Shown piece after piece: positions 39,976 to 54,669 of a stretch of 64,000 nucleotides of DNA. The stretch's first letter is position 1. Each line of letters starts with the position of its first letter. A program made the translations under genes and the position numbers. The DNA is from Octopus sinensis (lineage: Eukaryota). The stretch spans positions 28,520,001 through 28,584,000 of the forward strand of contig NC_043009.1 of assembly GCF_006345805.1 (NCBI RefSeq), read 5' to 3'. The notes below the pieces were generated by a model. It was not told the origin of the DNA. It made no database searches and saw nothing but the letters and a program-made list of their open reading frames with translations.

Positions 39976-40429
39976 CACTTCTATAAATGTTTCCATGCAG
40001 AATTTCTCTGACATCAATGTCTAGTAAACCAATAAATGTAGAGAACTGTGAAAACTAGGGAATGGTAAAGAGAATATTTTGTAGTTATTCTTTGGTTGTG
40101 AAGGGCTTCATGACAGGGAAGAAGATATGTGTAAAAATAAAACTGAAGTGGTATTGTTTTTGGCATAGCTAAAGATTTGTATTGTTTAATGTGTAGTTCT
40201 GTTATCTACCTACTTCAGTGGAATTGGTTAATGTTTCTTCATTCTAAGTAGAATATATATACATATAGGGTTTCTTGAGAATCATGTTTTGTTTTTAGTG
40301 ATATGTAGATGTTCTTTAAGAGCTTTTGTTCTTCTTTTGTCGATTTTGATGTTGGTTGGACATAATTCAAACTGAGTTAAACTCTTGTCAAGTATTGTGT
40401 AAGCCACGTAGCACACATGTTATCATTAC

Positions 40430-40459
40430 CTCTTGCTAATCTAAATAGGGTCCCTCTAT
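40430..40459 (-). CDS. Candidate 30-nt symmetric (phase 1-1) microexon, xRGTLFRLAR/G
   Basis: Acceptor TCTTATTTCTAATTTTAAG and donor AGAG|GTAATG. Only one frame is open. Confidence 0.15.
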
Positions 40460-40932
40460 CTTAAAATTAGAAATAAGAACAATGGTTTTCAAAGTTACTA
40501 ATGTGACTACATGGCATGGTTTTCAAAACACTTTTCTTATATAGATCTGAAGATAAAGCAGTGAATTGGCAGAATCCTTACCATGTCAGCCAAAATGCTT
40601 AGTGGCATTTCATCTGTCTTTGAATTCTGTGTTCAAATTCTGCCATGGTTGGCTTTACCCATTCATTCTTTTGGGTTCAATGGAATAAATACCTGTTGGG
40701 CACGGGGGTCGATGTAATCAATTTACCGTCTTCCTGCCCCCCGACTCGCTGGCCTTGTTCCAAAATTTGAAACCAACATATATCAGAAGAACCGAGAAAG
40801 AGGAACCATTTTTGTTCAAATATAGATAACTGAATCAAATATAGAACTGTACAAAGTTCTTTATATTTATATTTGTAATCTTTAACTGTACCAAAAATTA
40901 AGACAAGGTACACTAATTCTTTACATATTTAG

Positions 40933-41107
40933 TTCATTGTTAAAAATTTCCATTCAATATCGGGTTTAAAATCGCATCAAAGACATCCATATCTCCCGAC
41001 CCAATCAATGGAGCACAAATCATACCATACCAAATGTCAGCAAGAGCTGTTTTTAACTATACTTTTGAGAGTAGAACAAAGTCTCCAACAATTTTCAAGG
41101 AGCAGAG
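40933..41107 (+). CDS. Candidate 175-nt exon (FIVKNFHSISGLKSHQRHPY...LQQFSRSR)
   Basis: Acceptor TTCTTTACATATTTAG, strong donor CAGAG|GTATGT, and 58 open codons. No homology recognised. Confidence 0.2.
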
Positions 41108-41221
41108 GTATGTCATATTTCATGCTTATTCTTGGATCAATTCCTGAAGTAATATAACTTCCATGCTTCATCTTTTAACTAGAGACAAACCCCTGTCTAA
41201 AACAGTCCTTCATTTATAAGG

Positions 41222-41571
41222 CTAACCCTTTCGATACCAACCTGGCTGAAACCACCTCTGTCTCTGAGTACAAATGTCTTGTTTTCAAAAGTTCTGAATT
41301 AAAATTTGCCACCAAAGCTTAGTCACAATTTATGTTCCTAACATTAGCTTAATGATCACTAAGTTATTTTACTAAATTCATTGGCATTCGGAAGGGCATC
41401 CAGCTGTAGAAACTTTAACAGGTCAGACTGGAGCCTGGTGCAGCTTTCTGGCTCACCAGTCCTCAGTCAAACTGTCCAATCCATGCCAGCATGGAAAGCA
41501 GACGTTAAATGATGATGATGATGATTCAAAATTAATTGAAAGAAACATAAATACAGTAACGAAATGGTTAA
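41222..41571. mobile_element. piggyBac-like MITE interrupted by a family C SINE
   Basis: CTAA|CCCTTTCGATAC ... GTAACGAAATGG|TTAA. The SINE lies at 41388-41524. Confidence 0.7.
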
Positions 41572-42480
41572 TATTCTACAATTCTGAACTGTTGTTGCTT
41601 TTGGTATCATTGTTTATGTTTGGTAAAGTTACGCTTTTGCCATTAAATTGTTACTACGTAAGAGAATTTCTTGATTTATTGTCATTCTTTTCTGTTTATT
41701 GATTGTTATTTTCATTTTCCTGTATTTGAAAATTCTTTCATTAGTTCTTTCGTAGTTGACATACCCAGGTTATTTCTTTTCTTCTCAATACCTCTTTCTA
41801 CCTTACTAATTGCAGGAACATATTGAATAAATTGTAAACACACGCAAATGCCTTGAAAAAAAATCCAACTGCATTAAAGATTATACAGGTAGGGTGCATT
41901 CATTTGTAGCACCAGCACTACAGGGTCTGCTCAACCTTAAGCAAGACTGAAAAGTTTTCTCAAACCTGTGTGGTTTTTGTTTAATTCACTGACCAATTTA
42001 GAGAAGAGATTGCCTTCTATTTTGTGATCTGAGTATTAGGGAAGTCACTTTATAACTCACAGGACAAAAGAGTTGTTTAGTAATTTATTTGTGAAGATGT
42101 GTGGGTTGGTGGTTAGAGGTATTTAGCTCACGACTGTAAGGTCATGATTTCAATATCTGGCAGTGATTTTGTGTCCTTGAGCAAGACACTTTATTACATT
42201 TTATTCCAGTCCACTCTGCTAACAAAAATGAGTCGTACCTGTATTCTGTGCTCCAAAAGGGCCAGTCTTATCACACTCTGTGTTATGCTGAAACTCCCTG
42301 GGAACTACATTAAGGTTACATGTGTCTGTGCAGTACTCAGCCACTTACTCATTCATTCCACAATTAGGGTGTTCTATTGATCAAATCAATTGGAACCCTC
42401 TTCATCGTACCCAACGGAGTTCCTGTTTAATATTTTCATGACATTGGTTTATTAATGGTATTTGTTCTCTTCACTTTCAG

Positions 42481-42533
42481 AAGAACAACAATATGATATA
42501 TTTCTACAAAACATCAAAAAATCCAAAGCTTAG
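42481..42533 (+). CDS. Candidate terminal coding exon (E/EQQYDIFLQNIKKSKA*)
   Basis: Strong acceptor TATTTGTTCTCTTCACTTTCAG, phase-compatible with the donor at 41107. Confidence 0.18.
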
Positions 42534-42746
42534 TTTATCAAATGAACTTAGGAATATTCCAGCAAGAATAAAGGTTTTCCTTTTTTATTCAATGTCTTTC
42601 TCTGGAGGAGGAGGAGATGTTTCATGTGACATTCGTAGACCCTCTGAGACTGGGGAGATTGATGGAGTTATTGAGTTATTGTTCCTTTAGAACTTGAATC
42701 TCTTACACAATATTGATGTATCAAAGCAACCTACACATTGATATAT

Positions 42747-42795
<49 letters not shown>

Positions 42796-42962
42796 ATATA
42801 TACATACATAAAACTATATATATATATACATAAAACTATATATATATATATATATATACATAAAACTATATATATATATATGCATACACACATTATATAC
42901 ATATCTATATATATATACATATATACTGACAGTTTTATATATATATATATATACACACACAT

Positions 42963-42996
<34 letters not shown>

Positions 42997-43738
42997 TTAT
43001 ATATATATATCTATATATACACACACACACATTATATATATATCTATCTATATATATATATATACATATATACTGACAGGTTTATATGTATATATATATA
43101 TATAGTTATATAGATGTAGATGCAGCAATATAGAGCTAGATAGATATACCTATATGTGTGCATGTGTATATATATGTGTGTGTGTGTATATATATATATG
43201 TGTGTACATGCATACATATATATATACATACATATATATACACATACATATATATATGTATTTATGTATGTATGTATGTATGTATGTATATCTACATAGC
43301 TGCCTGCATGCTTGCCTACACAACAGCCAAAACGACACATGCCAACACACGAGGAATATTACACTGTAAAGAACCACCATATGAATTACCGTGTAACAAT
43401 GCCATAATTTACAGAAGATTCAGATTTATAAATAGTGAATACCTTATTTCAATGTTAACATGTCAATAACGAAGCTAGTGAATTACGGTTTATCAACATT
43501 ATGGGCCGTGCTTCTGTGTTGGTCAAGAAACACAATTATACGACAATAAATATTACTTTATTATGTTGAGCTAAAGGTAAATAATATGTCAATGATTCAC
43601 TGGTGAGCCTCGGCTTATTCGAGTAATGTAATTCTTTTGTCTTCCATCTGTAGGAATTCAATGAAATGCTGTATTGCATAGCCACGTCGGGAGATTAGCT
43701 TTCAAGTAATTTTGCATACACATATATTGACGTGTGTG

Positions 43739-43788
<50 letters not shown>

Positions 43789-43796
43789 CATGTATG

Positions 43797-43827
<31 letters not shown>

Positions 43828-43829
43828 CT

Positions 43830-43860
<31 letters not shown>

Positions 43861-43980
43861 CATATATATAAATATACATTGTATATATATATGCATGTGT
43901 GTCTGTGTATGCATGAAGACATATATACATACATACATACAAATATATATATATACAATGCACACACATACACATACATT

Positions 43981-44011
<31 letters not shown>

Positions 44012-44062
44012 ATATATACATGTGTATATATACGTGTGTATATAGGTAGATAGATAGGTAAG

Positions 44063-44116
<54 letters not shown>

Positions 44117-45251
44117 AATGAGAGCACGTTTAAATGTACAAATGTGCTCTGTACACACACAAACCTGATAATATTAACTTCTCTCTGTCTCCCTCCTTCT
44201 CTCTCTCTCTGTATATATATTTATATACATACAAACATACACATGTGTATTTATATATATCTTACATAATCTAATAAACGAATGTCGTTTTTTTTTTGTG
44301 TTTGTCTGTGCATCTATCAGTCTGTAAATAATATTCCATCTCTCTCAGACAACTGAGGCCATCTCCTTGGAATTTCGCACATAAACCAATTTAGACCAGT
44401 TAATAACTCTAATCCACTTTGCAATGGTTTTCTTCCTCCTTGACCATGATAGCTGAACTGATTTTCTTACCAAAAGATCTAACATGGCAGCAAGACTAAG
44501 CAGCCATAGGTGAATTGGTTAAGGAGTTGAAGTTGTGACTAACTAAACCCTCAGCTACTGAGTTCAAATCAGTTTAAGGTAGCATTTGGATTTTATTTTT
44601 AATCTTTACCATTAAAATCTGCTTTTTTTCTTACTTTGTTTGCAAGTTTTGCGGTTGTTGTGTTTTTTTTTAGTTCCTTTGCTTATTTCAGTCATTATAC
44701 TGTGGCCATCTGGGGCAATGTTTTGAAGAATGTTTGGTCGAATGAATCAACTCTAGTACTTGTTTCTTTTTAATGCCTTGTACTCTTATTCTATCAGTCT
44801 CTTTTGCTGAACCACTAATGTGACAAGGACATAAACACACCAACACTGGCTGTCAAGCAGTGGTGGGGGACAAACGCAGACAAATAGACACACACACAGA
44901 GCAGGTCTGCACACACTTTTTGTCAAGCAGTGTTCTTTTCATAATATATCATTAACTGCTTTGTGTCAATAGAAGAAGACATTAGGTCATGGTACCCTGT
45001 AGGTGGATGGAACCCAAAACTATATGCCTGAATAGCAAACTGTCTTAACCATACAGCCAAACCTGCAAGTGTTGATGGTGTTAGGGGATGCAGAGCTAGG
45101 GCTTAGCAAGAAATATCCATACTTGCGAGGTATGTTTCATACAACATAAACGTTATTATAGTCATCATGATGATAATGATCCTCATGAACGTTGTCGTCA
45201 TCGTCATCGTCATCAACATTATCATCATCATCATCATTATCGTTGTCATCG

Positions 45252-45282
<31 letters not shown>

Positions 45283-45371
45283 TATCATATTTGTCGTCGT
45301 CATCATCATCATCAACATCATAATCATCATCATCACCATGATTGAATACATGTTATAAAAATTAGATGAAT

Positions 45372-46025
45372 AGTGGAGTGGCTGTGTGGCAAGTAGCTTG
45401 CTTACCAACCACATGGTTCCAGTTCAGTCTCACTACGCGGCACCTTTGGGCAAGTGTTTTCTACTATAGCCTTGGGCCAACCAAAGCCTTGTGAATGGAT
45501 TTGGTAGATGGAAACTACATATATATATATATCTTACAGGTTCATTTATTTTGTTGTATTGAGAGGATCTGTAAAACATCTTGGATGGCCGTTCGCCAGC
45601 CTCGTCTGGCACCTGTGTCGGTGGCACATAAAAAGCACCCTCTACACTCACGGAGTGGTTGGCGTTAGGAAGAGCATCCAGCTGTAGAAACACTGCCAGA
45701 TCTGACTGGCCTGGTGCAGCCTTCGAGCTTCCCAGACCCCAGTTGAACCGTCCAACCCATACTAGCATGGAAAGCGGACGTTAAACGATGATGATGATGA
45801 TGATGTATGTGTGTCTGTGTTTGACCCCCTATTACCCAACATCACTTGACAACCGATGCTGGTGTGTTTACGTCCCCGTAACTTAGTGGTTCAGCAAAAG
45901 AGACCGATAGAATAAGTACTAGGCTTACAAAGAATAAGTCCTGGGGTCGATTTGATCGACTAAAAGCAGTGCTCCAGCATGGCTACAGTCAAATGACTGA
46001 AACAAGTTAAAGAGTAAAAGAGTAA
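45372..46025 (+). mobile_element. Family A SINE interrupted by a family C copy (45590-45803)
   Basis: The head lies at 45372-45525 and the 3' half at 45805-46025. Confidence 0.85.
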
Positions 46026-47799
46026 GAATAAAGAGTAGTAATCTCCCTTGTGAATCCCTTGCGGCATTCTGAAAATTATAGAGATGATGATGGTTGTGAT
46101 GATGACAACGATGATGACGATGATGATAATGACAGCAACAACAATGGCAACAATAACCATGAACACAACAACTATGACAGCAACGATGATGATAAAGATG
46201 TTGTTGAGATGATGACAATGATGATGATGAGGGTTACGATTATGATGATGATGATGATGGCGATGGTTGTTATAAAGAAGTTGATGATGATGACAGTGAT
46301 GATGGCAATGACAACGATGATGATGAAGATAACAATGATGATGATGATGATGTTATGAAACGTACATCTGGATTAGCATCATCTGAAGAAGTATCTTAGA
46401 CTTAAGATGCTGCCCCTAAGATCTTCCCAAGGTTCCGTTGAAGGTCAGTCAGTGTACTTAACTCTGATTTGAAGGCTTTTAAAGTGATTATTTGTCTTTA
46501 TTCTTGGACAGAACATCAACTTACCTTCAATAAGATTCCTACAAGTCTTCAATCGGTAATTCCCAAATGGCTGGATCAACCAGCACACGTAGAATTGAGT
46601 GCAAACGAAACGCCATCAGTGTATTTGCAGTGATGGGTTCAAATGACGGGAAAACCAAGGCTAATGATTTAACCTTTAAGTTTTGGCTTAATGTGAGAGA
46701 CCTATACATCATTGCTAAACTGCTGGAAATAGCAGCCAAATCTCCCTCAAATTGCTTCTTACTGTCACACTCTCCCTCCCTTTCTCTTTCTTTCTCTGTA
46801 TTTCTATGCATTTGTAAATAAGTAATATTACCAGTATCACCTTGTGATCATTACCAGCGTCACCTTACTGGCACTTGTGCTGGTGACATGTGGAAAACAT
46901 TTGAGTGAGGTTGTTGCCAGTGCCGCTCGACTGGCTCCTGTGCAGGTGGCACGTAAAAACACCACTTGAGCGTGGCTGTTGCCAGTACTGCCTCACTGGC
47001 CCTCATGCTGGTGGCATGCAAAACCACCTACTACACTCTCAGAGTGGTTGGCATTAGGAAGGGCATCCAGCTGTAGAAACTCTGCCAGATCAGATTGGAG
47101 TATGGTACAACCATCTGGTTTGCTAGACTGCAGTCAAATCATCCAACCCATGCCAGCATGGAAAGCAGACATTAAATGATGACGATGATGATGATGATAT
47201 CATCGTTGTCATTGAGTTATATATACTCTTGGCAGGTTCAATACCATGAAATGCTCTGATATTATTGTGTGTGTATGTGTGTACATGTTTACGCACACAT
47301 TTGTATGTATATTGTTGTTGTCATTACCATTGCCGTCGTCATCGTTGTCATTGTTGTCGTTGTCGTCATCATTGTCAGCATCATCGTCATCATCACCATC
47401 ATCATCATTATCACAATTCGATACTCATTTTCCATGCTGGCATCGTTTGAATGGTTTGACAGGAGCTAGCAAGGCTGGGTGCCACAGCAGGCTCCAAATG
47501 TCTGTACGGGAATGGTTTCCACAGCTTCATGCTTTTCCTTATGCCAACCACTTTACAGAGTGTACTGGGTGATTATTACGTGGCACCAGCACCAACAGGG
47601 TCACTGAGTAACTTGCAAAACAAAAACAACAAACAAAAATCCCCCTCAGCTGGGAGGAAGGAGCAGTAGTGAGGGTAGCAGCAGTTTTATACAAGTTGAT
47701 GAGAGATTTATATATGCATATGTCTATCTAGCTATCTTCTTATCTATCTATCTTTCTACATATCTACCCATGTATCTATCTATATATCTATCTGTCTGT

Positions 47800-47836
<37 letters not shown>

Positions 47837-48142
47837 CACCTACCTATCTTTATATATATATATATATATATACATATATATATGCATATATATGTGTGTC
47901 TGTGTGTATGTTTGTATGAGATTGTATTTCCTTTGTTTCAGCTGATTTGTTACCTCTCTTGAAAACAAGTGAAGATTGGTGAAAGGAAGAGCACCCAGCA
48001 CTAGAAAACATACTCCTGTTTTGATCCATTCAAGCATAAAGAAGTAGTTATTAAAACAATGATAATGATGCGGATGATGATGATGACGATTATTTCACTG
48101 GTCCTATATTTATTTGACCCCAGGAGGATGAAAATCAGAGTT

Positions 48143-48200
<58 letters not shown>

Positions 48201-48225
48201 TAATAATAATAATAATAATAATAAT

Positions 48226-48410
48226 AACATCAAAAAATACCTTAGGAACGAGAACCCAGGTTTGAAATTTCCCCAAGACACCTGATGAAGGCTGGAGGGT
48301 ATATCAGCCAAAATGTTGTGTTAACAACAAACAAGATGAGAACAAATATCCGTCAAATGTAAATAATGTAAATGATGCACATAATTCCTCATCTCTTAAA
48401 TATAGAACTG
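48226..48410 (+). mobile_element. Penelope-terminal-repeat-like element with a decayed minimal hammerhead
   Basis: GACAC-CTGATGA-A-GGCTG-(10 nt)-CAGCC-AAAA-TG-TT-GTGTT at 48277-48322. GAAA and CG are altered by transitions. It follows (TAA)n. Confidence 0.65.
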
Positions 48411-49418
48411 TAAAATCTACCGTTTGTTGAGGAATGTCATGTTTAAAATTACTTTTTGTTGAGATACGTCTAATTTATTAGACATCTTGACTTGCAGAAA
48501 ATACCAATTCTATTTTTGGTAGATATTCAACATCAATTTTATTTCACAGTCAAAGGGTTAAAAAGCCTTGCTCTGATACATACTGCCAATTTCCCATCTT
48601 GAAAATGAAGTTTAATTTGACATAATTGAATTAAACTAATGAATTAAAGTAAAAACATTTACTATTAAATAAGCTTCATTGAGAGTCATAGAGCAGTAGC
48701 TGTCAGACATAGCTTCACGATAGAAAACATTTCATGCTCCTTCCTTCCCCGATGGTGTTTCCAAATGATGAAGACATTTATAATATGAAATTGCCAAATG
48801 GCGCCAGATTGGTTCCAATCATTTTGGCTTCAACAAGAAAAAGAGAAATATTGTTGTGTCTGTTAGGTGTCAAATTGTTTTTTCTTCTTTTGGTTTTTTT
48901 CTACCAAGTCACCGACCCGATCTTGCAAGGAGACAAAAATAAATATACAAAATTGTATAAATATGCACAGGCATATGTCTGTATGAATGTGTGTGTGTAT
49001 TTAAGTATGTGTGTATGTGTGTGCATATATATAAGTATATATATATATATATACACACACACATATGTTTATACATATATATGTACACTTATATATATAT
49101 TTGATATATATATACATACATATATATATATATACATATGTATGTGTATGCATGTATGTATATGTATATGCATACACACACATATTTGTTAGTGGAGATG
49201 TATGTATCTTCATGTGAGTGTGTTATAGTGAATGATATTATATGTGTGTGTGTATGTGAATACGTATGTATAAGTATGTGTGTATATGTATATATATATA
49301 TCTATATCAACCATATATATACACATACACAGACACACACATACACACACACATACATACATATACTCATATATAGATATATATATTATTTTTATGAACA
49401 ATAACGTACTTTTATATT

Positions 49419-49456
<38 letters not shown>

Positions 49457-50088
49457 TACACACATATCTGTATGCATATACATACCTATAAATTTGCGAC
49501 ACACACACACACACACATTTATATAGTTACAAGAGAAACACGTACATATATGCTTGTACCTCTCACCAAAACTTTACACATGTGTAGTGTGTGTGACTGT
49601 GTGTGATTTGTGTGTGTGTGTGTTTGTGTGTGTATGTGTGCATATGGGTCTGTGTGTCAGTGTGTATGTGAATGTCTGTATGTATATAAATTTTTATGTT
49701 TGTGTGTGTGTGTGCGCATGTGTGTGTTTGTGTGTGTGTGTATGTTAAGGTAAGGTCATGATTTGATAGACACACCATTTCAAAACATATTTAACATTTT
49801 CAAAATATCTCTAAATTACGTTAAGAAAAACAAAACCAAAATGCCTCTATCCTCACTTTGATATCTGCGTATCTTTTTCGAGATTGTTTTTAAAGATAGT
49901 CAACATTCATCTGCCTTCTTTTTCTTCACCAAAACAACATCGTCTTCATCAACCCCACCACCACCACCACCACCACCATCACCACCACCACCACCACCAT
50001 CATCATCGTCATCATCGTCATCGTCATCATCATCATCATCTTCATCATTATCATCATCATCATCATCACCATTACCATCACCATCATT

Positions 50089-50122
<34 letters not shown>

Positions 50123-51581
50123 CAATCATCATCATCATCACAATCATCATCATCATCTTCATCATAATCATCATCATCATCGTCGTCGTCGTCATCATCA
50201 TCATCATCATCATCGTCGTCGTTGTCGACGTCATCATCATTATTGGGATCATCATTGGGATTATCATTGTCATCATCATCATCTTCATCAATATCATCAT
50301 CGCCATCATCATCATCGCCATCCCCGTTCTTGTCATCATCATCATCGTCATCATTGTCATCATATTTATTTTCCTCCTTCATTCTCCTTCTCCTTCACCT
50401 CCACCTCCTCCGCCTCCTCCTCCTCATCATCATCATTGTCATCATCGTCTTCACTGTCATCATCCAGTTTATTTAAAGAACTGCATGGTTGGCGTCATTT
50501 TCCTCCGTCTCATACACTAAAGCCCCTTTTAATAAATCTTCTGTTCTAACAGTACTTTCCAACATAACACATTACATGTTTAGGTCTTCCATTTTTAATT
50601 TTCTTATTTCCTTCCTGCAACAACATTATTTTTCCTCATAACAATCTCTTGTGAGCATTCCTGCTTTGTTTGTATTCATTTCTGATCTCTTTTTTGTCTA
50701 TCTCTGTGTAGCTTTAACAAGAATGGCTTTGTGGATAAAGAGATTGACTCTCAGTCACATGGTGCCAGGTTCAGTCCCATTGCATGACACATTGTCTTTT
50801 ACTATAGGCTCAGGCATATGAATCATAGCCTTGTACATGGATTTATAGATGGAAATTGAGAGAAGCCCACCATGTGTGTAATTATCTTTCAGTATTTGTC
50901 TATGAAATCCACTGTCAAGGCTTTAGTCGGCCCAAGGCTATAGTACAAACACTTGCCCGAGTTACCATACAGTGGGACTGAACCTGCAACGATGTGGTTA
51001 GGAAGCAAGCTTCTTACCACGCAGCCACACCTGGTAGTTAATAAATTAGCAAGCAGTGTCTTTTGTTACCGGATTTCTGTGTAAACATATTTTGTCATTA
51101 AGAAGTAATATCTTGCTTCAAAATGGGTGAGGGTTAGTGACAGGGAGTGCATCAGGCTGCAGAATTTCTCCCTCATCAAGTTTCCATCTGACCCATGCAA
51201 GCATGGAAAATTGTATGTGAAAAGCAACGATGCTGGTGATAATGAAAAGGTGATAAATGTATGTTTAATGTGCTACTGAAAGTGTTGGTGTACATATTAA
51301 ATCTAAACAAACTCAGGCTTGTTGCTGTTCATATTGAAATTTAATACTGATTGCAATAAGTTAATTACCGCCATTATAATTACAGCTCAATAAATATTCA
51401 AATATTCAGCAGTATTAAATGCATGGAGCACTTTTCTTTGATATGTAACAATACATGCAATTTACTATGTGTGTATATAAATGTGTATATGAGTGTGTGT
51501 GTGTGTGTGTGTGCATTTATACACATACACACATATCTTGATATAATATATATATATATATATACATACATATATATATAC

Positions 51582-51616
<35 letters not shown>

Positions 51617-51651
51617 TATATGGTATATATATATATATGTGTGTGTGTGTG

Positions 51652-51723
<72 letters not shown>

Positions 51724-51747
51724 TACATATGTATATACATATATATA

Positions 51748-51809
<62 letters not shown>

Positions 51810-51827
51810 ATATATACATATGCACAC

Positions 51828-51870
<43 letters not shown>

Positions 51871-52658
51871 CATGCATAACTCTCATTGCTGTAGTTTGGA
51901 AAGTATGCAATTTTGCATTTGGATAATTGCATTCCAGAATATCTCATAAAAATAACTCTATGCAATCAAGAAGGGCAACAACAACAAAGGCAACAACAAC
52001 AACAAAATTCTGATGACACTGAGCTAGCTGTGAGTAGGGTAGAACGGTAAAAAAAGAATAACAGGAACATAAGCAAAAAAGGAAAACTAATACAAATATT
52101 CTCTTGGGAATGTTGGGTCTCTCTGAGATCTTTATTTGATATTGATTATGTTACCATTTTTAGTTTTATTACATTATTTTTTAGACACCAGTCAGTCGAA
52201 GCCAGTCTTTAGAGTGTATTAAATATTTGAATGTGTTAGTTGTTATCTATTTAGTTAAGCTAACACCGTTTCCAGTCTCATTGGTTTTGTTCTTCTTTGA
52301 GACCAGCAAAGAGACATTTGTTAAAAGTCACTTGTAACATTTAGTTTCTGAATGTTACAAGGTAAAAATTCAATTAATAATCATCTCACCTTGTTTCCAA
52401 TTTCATTGTTTGTTCACTGTGAACAGACAAATGCTGTTTACCTAAGGGGCCTAAATTCCACCAAGGACTTTCAGGGTTGGGTCTCTGTGAGATATTTACA
52501 TTGGGGTCAGTGTAATTGACTTATCTCTTACCCTAAAATTGCTGGCCTTGTGCCAAAATCTGAAACCATTGTAAGCTACATTTAAGGTAGCAAGCTAGTA
52601 GAATCATTAGCATATTGGAAATATTGCTTAGCAACATTTCTTGTGACCCCTTATAATT

Positions 52659-53203
52659 TCTCATGGCTTCTGATCTTAACTGATTGGAAGTGTTATCACG
52701 TATATTATTTTGTCTTGATATAAAAGATGGGCTACAGCAAATACTCTGCTCCATACCACAGAATTGCTTGTCAGTTGCTTGACAAGAACTAGTTGAGCAT
52801 GTCCCTTAGTGGCTGACGATATGTGCATCCCTGATCACAAGCAGAATCACAGAATCTGATCACGAGCTGGGGAGAATCATAGCCATGTGTTGAGAGGAAT
52901 TGTTTGGGATTTGAATAATTCATCTCTGGAAACATGGGAGTTTCATTTAACATCCTTAAACAGCCCTTATTCAGGGACCTTTTGAGTGGCATGGGCTACT
53001 CAAGCTGAAGAAAATTCTAACTGGGCCCCACCTGCAAGATAATGTGCTGTTTATCTTGATATGAGATCACCATGTCACACACATATGGCTATGATGTATG
53101 TGCCTGGTGTACCCTTATCAGAAGGAGCAATCATGATGGGTATACTGGGCTTTGTATATTTTACCCCAGTGTCACTTTAATGGCATGCACTGCTCTCTCA
53201 CTC
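52659..53203 (+). mobile_element. Second copy of the (TAA)n-associated ~550-bp element
   Basis: Reverse-complement collinear with 21847-22400 and ends GCACTGCTCTCTCACTC(AAT)n. Confidence 0.85.
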
Positions 53204-53244
<41 letters not shown>

Positions 53245-53246
<2 letters not shown>

Positions 53247-53727
53247 TTAATAATGACATGAGCATACCCTGTGACCATAATAACATAGCAAAAGAATTTC
53301 ATAAGATCAGAAAATATAAAGATTTGTTAATCAAAATCAAAAAGATGTGGCATCTCAAGACGGTTACAATACCAGTGATTACAGGAGCACTTGAAATGAT
53401 CAAAAAAGGAACTGAAAATTATTTTTAAATGATCCCTGGCTTACCATCCATACAGGAAGTGCAAAAGATTGTCTTAACTGGTATTGAGAAGAGCATTGTC
53501 GCTGTGAATTTTCTTTCCTTTTCCCTCCACTTTATTTTTTGTTTATTTTCTATTTTTTTATTTTTCTCCCTGTCTTCCCCTTTTTCTCTATCACATGACT
53601 TTGTAAATGAACAATCTGGTGTGTGTATTTTAATGGGCTACTAATGTATAGAGTCTGTTCTCTGCCCAAGGTGTCAGGAAGCTACTCAGCAAGAAATGGA
53701 AATAGATTTGCAAGATGATGCTAGTAA
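53245..53727 (+). mobile_element. R4/Dong-like REL endonuclease C-terminus plus 3' UTR, copy 1
   Basis: DMSIPCDHNNIAKEFHKIRKYKDLLIKIKKMWHLKTVTIPVITGALEMIKKG...*MIPGLPSIQEVQKIVLTG, flanked by (AAT)n. Confidence 0.85.
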
Positions 53728-53871
53728 AATAATAATAAAAATAATAATATAATAATAATAATAATAATAATAATATTAATAATAATAATAATGATGATAA
53801 TAATAAATAATAATAATATGGCATGTTGCACTGCTCTCTCACTCAATAATGATGATAATAATAATAATAAT

Positions 53872-53935
<64 letters not shown>

Positions 53936-53936
53936 T

Positions 53937-54421
53937 GTTAATAATGACATGAGCATACCCTGTGACCATAATAACATAGCAAAAGAATTTCATAAGATCA
54001 GAAAATATAAAGATTTGTTAATCAAAATCAAAAAGATGTGGCATCTCAAGACGGTTACAATACCAGTGATTACAGGAGCACTTGAAATGATCAAAAAAGG
54101 AACTGAAAATTATTTTTAAATGATCCCTGGCTTACCATCCATACAGGAAATGCAAAAGATTGTCTTAACTGGTATTGAGAAGAGCATTGTCGCTGTGAAT
54201 TTTCTTTCCTGTTCCCTCCACTTTATTTTTTTGTTTATTTTCTATTTTTTTATTTTTCTCCCTGTCTTCCCCTTTTTCTCTATCACATGACTTTGTAAAT
54301 GAACAATCTGGTGTGTGTATTTTAATGGGCTACTAATGTATAGAGTCTGTTTCTCTGCCCAAGGTGTCAGGAAGCTACTCAGCAAGAAATGGAAATAGAT
54401 TTGCAAGATGATGCTAGTAAA
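53937..54421 (+). mobile_element. R4/Dong-like fragment, copy 2 (tandem duplicate)
   Basis: Nearly identical to 53245-53727, including the same in-frame stop. Confidence 0.85.
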
Positions 54422-54461
54422 ATAATAATAATAATATAATAATAATAATAATAATAATAAT

Positions 54462-54495
<34 letters not shown>

Positions 54496-54563
54496 TAATA
54501 ATAATAATATGGCATGTTGCACTGCTCTCTCACTCAATAATGATGATAATAATAATAATAATA

Positions 54564-54599
<36 letters not shown>

Positions 54600-54669
54600 T
54601 AATAATAATAATAATAAATAATAAAAATAATAAATAATAAATAATAAAATTTAAAAAAAATAAAAAAAT

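Noticed and set aside
46526-46569. 44-nt plus-strand exon candidate overlapping a minus-strand GTAAGT donor
   Set aside because: Conflicting strand signals and no partner exon I can support.
48734-48960. ORF with a basic stretch and hydrophobic segment, like a type II membrane protein
   Set aside because: The hydrophobicity comes from a T-rich tract, there is no good donor, and the ORF runs into a microsatellite.
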